A DNA stretch of 5,531 bases from Inoviridae sp., in the sequence record MW202882.1. The stretch is one strand, 5' to 3'. The notes under the pieces are model-generated. The model saw only the letters and a list, made by a program, of their open reading frames with translations, was not told the origin of the DNA and made no database searches. Shown one piece after another: positions 1-5,423 of the stretch; the stretch's first letter is position 1, and the number at the start of each line of letters is the position of its first letter. A program made the position numbers and the translations under genes.

Positions 1-291
1 ATGGCGTTTGATAGTAGTAAATATGTCGAGCTTCCAGAGTGGGCTAATGACCTGCGTAACCTTTATTGGGTTATTCGGGTTGAGGGACGTATTGAGTCAA
101 AACGTAGAAGGTATTACCGGAAGGTAGAAAAAGAAAAACTCCGGCTTGCGGAGCTTGGTGTCTCACAAACAAAAATAGCGGCTGTTTGCCGCTATCTTTG
201 TAACTTCAAAAACGCTAGTACATTAAGGACAGTTCTGGCAGAACCTGACTATTTATTTTTTCTTCTATTTTATACCGTTCTAAAGTCTTGA
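1..291 (+). CDS. Small hypothetical protein (96 aa) with a helix-turn-helix-like segment; candidate phage regulator
   Basis: ATG at nt 1, TGA at 289-291. If the molecule is circular, an in-frame TAA at 5526-5528 closes the frame just upstream, making nt 1 the first possible start. A basic run KRRRYYRKVEKEK is followed by LAELGVSQTKIAAVCRY (aa ~46-66, nt ~136-198), which has an HTH-like pattern. No SD can be assessed at the window edge. Confidence 0.5.
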   Translation: MAFDSSKYVELPEWANDLRNLYWVIRVEGRIESKRRRYYRKVEKEKLRLAELGVSQTKIAAVCRYLCNFKNASTLRTVLAEPDYLFFLLFYTVLKS

Positions 292-316
292 CAACGTAAT
301 AAATTAGGACTAACAT
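288..316 (+). promoter_or_regulatory. Sigma70-like promoter candidate TTGACA-17 nt-TAACAT for the main rightward operon
   Basis: TTGACA at 288-293 (overlaps the ORF1 TGA), a 17-nt spacer, then TAACAT at 311-316 (4/6 match to TATAAT). It sits in the first noncoding gap, upstream of all downstream + strand genes. This is the best -35/-10 pair I found by eye in the window. Confidence 0.4.
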
Positions 317-332
317 ATGTCCTAACTTTTTT
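304..332 (+). terminator. Perfect 7-bp inverted repeat TTAGGAC-N8-GTCCTAA followed by C+T6; weak intrinsic terminator for ORF1 and/or an operator
   Basis: ttaggac (304-310) and gtcctaa (319-325) are exact reverse complements. The loop is taacatat (311-318) and a T6 run lies at 327-332. The stem is AT-rich, so termination would be weak. The loop contains the -10 candidate. Confidence 0.45.
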
Positions 333-336
333 ACTA

Positions 337-365
337 CAGACTTCGAACCTGCCCCCGAAGTTCTG
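337..365 (+). repeat. Imperfect inverted repeat / hairpin in the operon leader (function unknown)
   Basis: cagacttcg (337-345) pairs with cgaag-t-tctg (356-365): 9 bp with a single bulged T at 362. The loop is aacctgcccc (346-355). It lies between the promoter candidate and the first downstream start codon. Confidence 0.4.
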
Positions 366-401
366 CAAATACCTAACAGGGGCTATATAAGGGTAAAAAC
401 C

Positions 402-560
402 ATGTCACGTAAAGAGATGAAGCAATTGCACTACGATTCAGTAAAAAGCTGGGTTGCTGACTATCACAAAATGACGGGGCTTATCCGTCATATGCATCAA
501 ACAGACGTTGCACGTTCAATTCAGTATCACATCCGCAATTCTAACTTTTTCATGGCATAA
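402..560 (+). CDS. Small hypothetical protein, 52 aa, basic and His-rich (not in the supplied ORF track)
   Basis: ATG 402 to TAA 558-560. Translation: MSRKEMKQLHYDSVKSWVADYHKMTGLIRHMHQTDVARSIQYHIRNSNFFMA. SD-like AAGGG at 389-393 with an 8-nt spacer. It fills the gap between the leader hairpins and the next gene, and its stop is 12 nt before the 573 ATG. Confidence 0.5.
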   Translation: MSRKEMKQLHYDSVKSWVADYHKMTGLIRHMHQTDVARSIQYHIRNSNFFMA

Positions 561-572
561 GGACTTTTAATC

Positions 573-848
573 ATGGCAATCAATATCCAAGTTTTATCAA
601 TCGGCTTAACAGAATCCGGCAAAAGCGCACGCGGTACTGAATGGCATCGCCGTACCTTTCAAGTCTTTGACATTGATGACCAAGTAGCAGGGAATATCCC
701 TGTGTACGGCGATTTGGACAAACTCAACAGCTATACAGCTGGCGGCAAATATACAGCCGTGATTCGCAATAGGGCAGGGGATAACGGCCGTCTGGTTCCG
801 TCTATCGTCGATTTAATCCCTATGCAGCAACAAAAGGCATCAGCGTAA
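573..848 (+). CDS. Gene V-like single-stranded DNA-binding protein (91 aa), putative
   Basis: SD AAGGA at 559-563 with a 9-nt spacer. Its size (91 aa) and position next to Rep are typical of inovirus ssDNA-binding proteins. From memory, SYTAGGKYTAVIRNRAGDNGRLVPSIVDLIP resembles the AYAPGLYTVHLSS...RLRLVP part of Ff gene V protein. No TM segment or signal peptide. A strong terminator follows. Confidence 0.6.
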   Translation: MAINIQVLSIGLTESGKSARGTEWHRRTFQVFDIDDQVAGNIPVYGDLDKLNSYTAGGKYTAVIRNRAGDNGRLVPSIVDLIPMQQQKASA

Positions 849-856
849 AGACAAAC

Positions 857-893
857 AAAAAAGCCAACTGACTGTAATCAATTGGCTTTTTCT
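857..893 (+). terminator. Rho-independent terminator/attenuator after the ssDNA-binding protein gene
   Basis: aaaaagccaa (858-867) pairs perfectly with ttggcttttt (882-891). There is extra tga/tca pairing inside (869-871 / 878-880), and a T-run follows the stem. It starts 9 nt after the TAA at 846-848. Confidence 0.75.
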
Positions 894-921
894 AATTTAA
901 ACCACTTGGGATGGCTTAAAC

Positions 922-1869
922 ATGGCTCTAAGTATAAACGATTATTTTGACCCTTTCAATGATGACGGATTAGACCCAAAAAAACACCGTTCTGTTGAAA
1001 GTCCATTTGAATACAAATTAAAGACACGGACTTTTTTAAACAACACTGTTGATTTCATCATGACGCGGATTAAACACCAAATTCCAAAGATTCATAGTGA
1101 TCTAGTGCACGGCACTATTACTACGCATCCGCGCACATTAACTGATGAAGAAAGGGCATTAAAAGATGCTGAAAACCTTGAACGTGCTGTCCGTCGTGCA
1201 AAACAATCTGTCCATTTTGCCGCCCGCCAAATCGGCGCTGACCACTTGCTTACGCTTACCACTCGCGAAAATATCACAGACCGCGCTCAATATTTTCAGA
1301 TATTCCACCGCTTTATTAGACTTGTCCGGACAAAAATCCTTGTCAATGGACGTTTGGTCACTGTTCCGCGCAAACCATACGCTTATGTTGCTGTGCCGGA
1401 ATTGCAAGAGCGTGGCGCATTTCATATGCACTGTGCTGTTGTTGGTCGTCAAGATATTAAGTTACTTCGTGCTTGTTGGTATGTTGCGCTCGGCTCTGAT
1501 ATTGACGCTGTTGGCGATGATGCACCCGGTCAAATTGATGTTCAGTATCGTCAGAAGCGTTGGGGCGGTAAGTCCGAAACATACAAGACTTTTTCCCTTG
1601 TTCGTTACCTCACAAAATATATTGATAAGGACTTCGCGCACACTGCGGAACTTGGCCAGCACCGCTATTTAAAAGCCCGCGATATTCCCAAGCCTATCGA
1701 ATTCAATCAAGTTTTAATGGCCTGTAATTTGGGTGGCAACGATTTTATTGACGCCATGCAAGAAGTCTCACGAATTGCCGAATTTGTTACCGGCACGCAT
1801 CCTACGCAAATGATTCCTTGGAATAGGGGACAAGATATTTACATATTGCGTGCTGCATATGCTGATTAA
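922..1869 (+). CDS. Rolling-circle replication initiator, HUH endonuclease superfamily (315 aa)
   Basis: Three ordered Rep motifs are present. Motif 1 is HLLTLTT (LLTLTT at nt 1246-1263). Motif 2 (HUH) is FHMHCAVV (HMH at nt 1423-1431). Motif 3 is a double tyrosine, YLTKY (Y229/Y233, nt 1606-1620). An RRAK segment precedes motif 1, as I recall for inovirus/plectrovirus G2P-type Reps. Confidence 0.85.
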   Translation: MALSINDYFDPFNDDGLDPKKHRSVESPFEYKLKTRTFLNNTVDFIMTRIKHQIPKIHSDLVHGTITTHPRTLTDEERALKDAENLERAVRRAKQSVHFAARQIGADHLLTLTTRENITDRAQYFQIFHRFIRLVRTKILVNGRLVTVPRKPYAYVAVPELQERGAFHMHCAVVGRQDIKLLRACWYVALGSDIDAVGDDAPGQIDVQYRQKRWGGKSETYKTFSLVRYLTKYIDKDFAHTAELGQHRYLKARDIPKPIEFNQVLMACNLGGNDFIDAMQEVSRIAEFVTGTHPTQMIPWNRGQDIYILRAAYAD

Positions 1870-1932
1870 GAATTGACCGTTTTGGTCACTCCGCTAACAG
1901 TCGGTCACTGTTTGTTTAGTAAAGGACGAATC

Positions 1933-2133
1933 ATGAAATTTTCTCGTAATGCTGTGAAATTTGGTGCTGCCGTTTTGATGACCGCGGCAACTGCTGCTAA
2001 CGCTGCTTTGCCTGCTGGTGTTGCTGACGCAATCGCCACTGCTGAGGCTGACGGTGTGACTTTGGGTGGCCTGTTTTTGGGTATGTCTGTAACCGTTGGC
2101 GTGTTGTTCTGGCTGAAACGCAAAGCAGGTTAA
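1933..2133 (+). CDS. Major coat protein (pVIII-like), 66-aa precursor with a 24-aa signal peptide and a 42-aa mature form
   Basis: ATG 1933 with SD AAGGA at 1922-1926 and a 6-nt spacer. The signal peptide is MKFSRNAVKFGAAVLMTAATAANA, with an AxA cleavage site. The mature form ALPAGVADAIATAEADGVTLGGLFLGMSVTVGVLFWLKRKAG has an acidic N-terminus, a hydrophobic core and a basic C-terminus (KRK), the canonical inovirus coat layout. The track's TTG start at 1873 is unlikely. Confidence 0.85.
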   Translation: MKFSRNAVKFGAAVLMTAATAANAALPAGVADAIATAEADGVTLGGLFLGMSVTVGVLFWLKRKAG

Positions 2134-2153
2134 TTCGCTGTTTTCCTTTGAGT

Positions 2154-2181
2154 TGGCGGGGTTCTATACCTCGCCATTTTT
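2154..2181 (+). terminator. Rho-independent terminator downstream of the major coat gene
   Basis: tggcgggg (2154-2161) pairs with cctcgcca (2169-2176): 8 bp including one G.U pair. The loop is ttctata and T5 lies at 2177-2181. It starts 21 nt after the coat TAA, mirroring the terminator after gene VIII in Ff phages. Confidence 0.7.
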
Positions 2182-2191
2182 GGATCAAAAA

Positions 2192-2524
2192 ATGGGATTT
2201 CAATTAAAAGACGTTTGCTACTCGACTGAAGCAATGGCTCAAGATGCCTACGCGCATTCAATGCAGCCCTTTTTTGTTCAAAACGATACAACTAGCGTTT
2301 TTTATTATCCTGAAAAGATTAGCGGTTCTTGGTGTATGGGCGCTCATAGTCTTGCTAATGGTGGTCTTTCTCAATGCCCTGTAATCAGCTTTCCTGCATT
2401 CTCAACCTGTACTGACCGCAGTGACCCTACTGCAAATTTTCAAGCCGGTTTAGAACTTGGCGCTGCTGTTGCTGGTGTCTGTGTTATTGCCTTTATTTGG
2501 CGTTATTTACGTGTGAGGTTCTAA
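2192..2524 (+). CDS. Hypothetical tail-anchored protein (110 aa from ATG 2192); candidate minor virion protein
   Basis: The ORF is open from 2153 to 2524, but the TTG at 2153 lies inside the terminator stem, so ATG 2192 is preferred. The C-terminus LELGAAVAGVCVIAFIWRYLRVRF is a TM helix plus a basic tail, like a coat protein. There are four Cys in the N-terminal part and no N-terminal signal peptide. The SD is weak, and the stop TAA overlaps the next ATG (TAATG). Confidence 0.5.
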   Translation: MGFQLKDVCYSTEAMAQDAYAHSMQPFFVQNDTTSVFYYPEKISGSWCMGAHSLANGGLSQCPVISFPAFSTCTDRSDPTANFQAGLELGAAVAGVCVIAFIWRYLRVRF

Positions 2525-2601
2525 TGAATGAACTTGCAAATATTTATATGTGGGCTGGTTTTCTTTGTGCTGTGCTTCCTGTCGTCATTCTCACAAAATG
2601 A
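2524..2601 (+). CDS. 25-aa hydrophobic micro-protein, candidate pVII/pIX-like minor coat protein (not in the supplied ORF track)
   Basis: ATG 2524-2526 shares its A with the upstream TAA (TAATG). Translation: MNELANIYMWAGFLCAVLPVVILTK. The TGA at 2599-2601 overlaps the ATG at 2598 of the pIII-like gene (ATGA). It has a single TM-length hydrophobic core. Size and position match the tiny minor coat proteins of filamentous phages. Confidence 0.5.
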   Translation: MNELANIYMWAGFLCAVLPVVILTK

Positions 2602-3875
2602 AACGCCTTCTTATACTCATCCTGTTTTTGCTGCCAATTAGCGCTTCTTCAGTAACTATGCCAGCAACACCTTGGTATAACACCGAAGGCACTACCATTT
2701 ATTCACCTTCTGGCACTGTTAAGTATTTCACAAACAAACAGGCTTCTTGTGATTACTATTTCACCCGTTTATATGGCTCTGGTCTTTATAGACTAAATTC
2801 CGCCACTGTCGGCTCTAACAATCTCTGCTACTTATCTTTTACAAACTTATCAAACGGCCAAACTTCTTACAACAGTAACAACGTCATGACCGCCTACGGT
2901 TGCTTATCAGGTTGGACTTTAAGTGGAACCACCTGCACCAATACCACCTGTCCTTCTGGTATGACCGCAGATGCTTCAGGCGTTTGCGTGGATCCTTGTT
3001 CTATCATCAAAGACCAAACAACCTCCTTAGCTGTTAACTGTTCTTCAAACAGTTTTCCTGCATCTGTCTGTTTACCAAATAACTGTGCAGCTACTTCATT
3101 CAATGCCGCTATGGGTTTCGATAAAACAAAAAATTGTTACTTTGGAAACGTAACCGTAAAACTCACTGGTTCATCCTGTAGCGGTGAACCTTCCTCCGCA
3201 TCCTTTACGAATCCAACGGCGCAACAGCCTCCACCTCCTGACACGCCTGAGGCTGACTGCATTAAAAAAGGTATGTCATACGGTAGCGTTAACGGTGTCG
3301 CTGTATGCGTTCCAAAATCTTCTACTGGTGCAACCCCTATAACAAACACGTCATCTTCTTCAACTAACACCACAAACACCGGCACCGATGGAAAACAAAC
3401 AAATTCCTCTTCTTCTGAGGTTAAAAACGTAACTCAAGACGGCGACAAAGTGACTAGCCAGATAATTAAAAACAATCCTGACGGCACAAAATCAGAATCG
3501 ACTGTTGTCGAAACTTTTGACGATTTTTGTGCATCAAATCCAAATCATAAAATCTGTAAAAAAGCCTCTGACGATGAAACGCCGTCTTCATGTGAGGATA
3601 ATCCAGACCTCCCGCAGTGTATGCAGCTCGGTGAACCTGACGATTCCAGCATCATTCCTACCGATACTCGCACTGTGACTTTTACACCTGTTTCAATCAC
3701 CTCCGGCGGCGCTTGTCCTGCTGACAAGTCAATTTCGATTGCCGGACGTTCGGTTACTTTTTCATATTCATGGCTCTGCCAATACGCTTCGATGTTCCGT
3801 CCTTTCATGCTTGCTCTAGCGTATTTGTCGGCGGCTATGTTCTTATTCTGGGGTTATAAAGGGGCGCAAACATGA
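2598..3875 (+). CDS. pIII-like adsorption / minor coat protein (425 aa from ATG 2598)
   Basis: The N-terminal signal peptide is MKRLLILILFLLPISASS. I count 20 Cys in the mature part. Low-complexity linkers are QQPPPPDTPE (nt ~3222-3251) and a TNTSSSSTNTTNTGTDGKQTNSSSS linker (nt ~3339-3419). The C-terminal anchor MFRPFMLALAYLSAAMFLFWGY (nt ~3792-3857) is preceded by FSYSWLC, the same layout as the Ff pIII C-terminus. The track's GTG start at 2550 is less likely than the coupled ATG at 2598. Confidence 0.75.
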   Translation: MKRLLILILFLLPISASSVTMPATPWYNTEGTTIYSPSGTVKYFTNKQASCDYYFTRLYGSGLYRLNSATVGSNNLCYLSFTNLSNGQTSYNSNNVMTAYGCLSGWTLSGTTCTNTTCPSGMTADASGVCVDPCSIIKDQTTSLAVNCSSNSFPASVCLPNNCAATSFNAAMGFDKTKNCYFGNVTVKLTGSSCSGEPSSASFTNPTAQQPPPPDTPEADCIKKGMSYGSVNGVAVCVPKSSTGATPITNTSSSSTNTTNTGTDGKQTNSSSSEVKNVTQDGDKVTSQIIKNNPDGTKSESTVVETFDDFCASNPNHKICKKASDDETPSSCEDNPDLPQCMQLGEPDDSSIIPTDTRTVTFTPVSITSGGACPADKSISIAGRSVTFSYSWLCQYASMFRPFMLALAYLSAAMFLFWGYKGAQT

Positions 3876-4141
3876 CGTGGGCTGCTTGGATTTTGGCGCT
3901 TGTTGCGCCTATCGCAAAAAAGGTTATGGTTTCATTGGGTATCGGCATTTTGACCGTGACTGGCTTCGATATGGCAATAAATCAATTAACTTCAATGATT
4001 AACCAATCAATCGGTGGGTCTACTGCTGATATTCTCGGCATTGCCACAATGATGGGTATCCCAGACGCAATCGGCATCATTCTTGGTGGTATTACTTCCG
4101 GCGCCACTCTCATGGCTGTCAAAAGGTTTAATGTTCTATGA
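3872..4141 (+). CDS. pVI-like small polytopic membrane protein (89 aa), as commonly found just upstream of zot-like genes
   Basis: ATGA overlaps are present at both ends (3872-3875 and 4138-4141). There are three hydrophobic segments: WAAWILALVAPIA, VSLGIGILTVTGF and IPDAIGIILGGITSGATLMAV. Its position between the pIII-like and pI-like genes matches gene VI / ace of known inoviruses. Confidence 0.65.
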   Translation: MTWAAWILALVAPIAKKVMVSLGIGILTVTGFDMAINQLTSMINQSIGGSTADILGIATMMGIPDAIGIILGGITSGATLMAVKRFNVL

Positions 4142-5325
4142 TTACCATTATCACTGGCGTGCCAGGTATGGGCAAAACCGCCTTACTGGTTCAAATGCTA
4201 CTCAAAAATGAAAAGGCCGCTAATCCGCGGCCTGTTTTTGTTATGGGTATCCCCGATTTAAAAATTGAGCATAGTCCAGCCCCTCCAGTCGATGTCTGGA
4301 CTGAAAAGAGGGCGGATAAAGATGATCCCGAATTGTTGCTTGATTACTACACTTTCCCGCCAAATTCATATCTGGTCATTGATGAGGCGCAGCGTGTTTT
4401 CAGGCCACGCGCGTCTGGTTCAAAAGTTCCTCCCCATGTTATGGCTCTCGAGACGCACCGCCATACTGGCCTTGACATTATTCTGCTCACGCAAAAGCCG
4501 TCTTTACTTGATAAAAACGTAAGGGATTTGTGCGGTCGCCATATTCACATTCGTGATTCAATCCTAGGTCGACGCTTGTATGAATGGCCTGAGTACAATG
4601 ACACGGACAATAAGGCAAACTTGGAGGCGGCTACAAAAAGGGCGTTCAAACCGCCTAAAGAATCATTTCAGTATTACAAATCAAGCGAGATGCACACAAA
4701 ACAGCCTCGTCGATTTCATCAGGTTTGGGTCTATTTATTTTTGGCTGTAGTTTTCATGTGTTATATGGGTTATCGCGCATATGCAAGTGTTTCCAGCCGT
4801 ATGGATGATAAACCTGTTGTGCAAACACCACTTACAAAAAACGCATCAGCCGTTGATAAAACAAACAGTTTTTCCAGTCTCCCCGGGGATAGCAAAAGCC
4901 CGCCTCAAAATCCCGATATCTCTGGTCCTGACCCTGCCTTTAACATAAGCAACGATATTCATCCCTACAGTGGCTTTACTTTCGTTTTACAGGGTGTGCT
5001 TAAAGGCAAAAACAGGGATTTGAGCTATTACCGGCTTTCAAATGGTGACTATGGTTTTTCTGCCACTAGCGATGAACTAAAAGAACTAGGCTACTCCATA
5101 AAGGTGGTCAATCACTGCACTTCATACCTTATATATGAGAGGGCAAAAATTGTCGCAATCTGCGCCCTTCACCAAGACGCGCCAACAGCACAATCTGTCG
5201 CTGACGCTTCAAAGGAGCCCGTGGGGGGTATTGGGGGGCGTATGCCCCCTGATGCAGAACCTATCACCCTTGATTCAAAGAGTTGGGATACCTATCGTGC
5301 ACCGTCGCCCCTTTCGAAGTATTGA
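4138..5325 (+). CDS. Zot-like / pI-family phage assembly ATPase (395 aa)
   Basis: The N-terminus MITIITGVPGMGKT carries Walker A GVPGMGKT (nt 4156-4179). Walker B is LVIDE (nt 4372-4386). A single TM segment VWVYLFLAVVFMCYMGY lies at nt ~4723-4779 and is followed by a ~180-aa C-terminal domain. This is the standard pI/Zot topology, and it is the last gene of the morphogenesis block. Confidence 0.9.
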   Translation: MITIITGVPGMGKTALLVQMLLKNEKAANPRPVFVMGIPDLKIEHSPAPPVDVWTEKRADKDDPELLLDYYTFPPNSYLVIDEAQRVFRPRASGSKVPPHVMALETHRHTGLDIILLTQKPSLLDKNVRDLCGRHIHIRDSILGRRLYEWPEYNDTDNKANLEAATKRAFKPPKESFQYYKSSEMHTKQPRRFHQVWVYLFLAVVFMCYMGYRAYASVSSRMDDKPVVQTPLTKNASAVDKTNSFSSLPGDSKSPPQNPDISGPDPAFNISNDIHPYSGFTFVLQGVLKGKNRDLSYYRLSNGDYGFSATSDELKELGYSIKVVNHCTSYLIYERAKIVAICALHQDAPTAQSVADASKEPVGGIGGRMPPDAEPITLDSKSWDTYRAPSPLSKY

Positions 5326-5344
5326 CGCTCTCTGCCGAACAAAT

Positions 5345-5366
5345 AAAAGCCACTTATGTGGCTTTT
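5345..5366 (+). terminator. Rho-independent terminator after the assembly gene
   Basis: aaaagccac (5345-5353) pairs with gtggctttt (5358-5366) around the loop ttat. The GC core is 5 bp with a T4 tail. It lies 20 nt after the TGA at 5323-5325. The A-run/T-run symmetry could make it bidirectional. Confidence 0.6.
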
Positions 5367-5423
5367 ATTACATCATCATCAATATATCGCGATGCATACA
5401 ATAATTAACAAATGGTTCATGAC

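Noticed and set aside
787-795. Neisseria DNA uptake sequence-like string gccgtctgg inside the SSB-like gene
   Set aside because: It matches only 8 of 10 positions of GCCGTCTGAA. It is a single occurrence within coding sequence, so it is not usable as host evidence.
911-919. Two-codon mini-ORF ATG GCT TAA upstream of rep as a separate regulatory feature
   Set aside because: It is too short to evaluate and has no spacing from the GGG upstream. It could be chance, so it is mentioned only as context in the SSB/Rep finding.
1873-1932. N-terminal extensions in the ORF track (TTG 1873 for coat, TTG 2153 for the 123-aa ORF, GTG 2550 for the 441-aa ORF)
   Set aside because: Downstream ATGs give better models. 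ATG 1933 has an AAGGA SD and starts a canonical signal peptide. TTG 2153 sits in the terminator stem. ATG 2598 starts a signal peptide and is coupled by ATGA to the micro-ORF, whereas the GTG extension (MGWFSLCCASCRHSHK) would bury that signal peptide.
1092-3808. Minus-strand ORFs from the track (1092..1277, 1159..1452, 1462..1662, 1905..2123, 1997..2203, 2894..3103, 3137..3385, 3545..3808)
   Set aside because: Each lies entirely inside a well-supported + strand gene. None has a recognisable motif or ribosome-binding site. Filamentous phages encode essentially all genes on one strand. Their low-complexity translations look like antisense shadows.
4265-4522. + strand 85-aa ORF inside the Zot-like gene, and the 89-aa ORF 5135..5404
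   Set aside because: Both are out-of-frame overlaps with the ATPase gene, which carries clear Walker motifs. Neither has an SD or recognisable features. The 5135..5404 frame runs through the terminator and is only relevant to the speculative G-tract frameshift noted in the findings.
4138-5325. Calling the Zot-like protein a toxin
   Set aside because: The Zot family is primarily the pI morphogenesis ATPase. The enterotoxic activity described for V. cholerae Zot maps to a specific C-terminal peptide (FCIGRL, from memory), which I do not see here. No toxin claim is justified.
5386-5397. Short palindromes ATCGCGAT and ATGCAT, and the (CAT)3 repeat at 5371-5380
   Set aside because: Palindromes of 6-8 bp and a three-unit trinucleotide repeat are expected by chance in about 200 nt of noncoding DNA. 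There is no independent support for a function.
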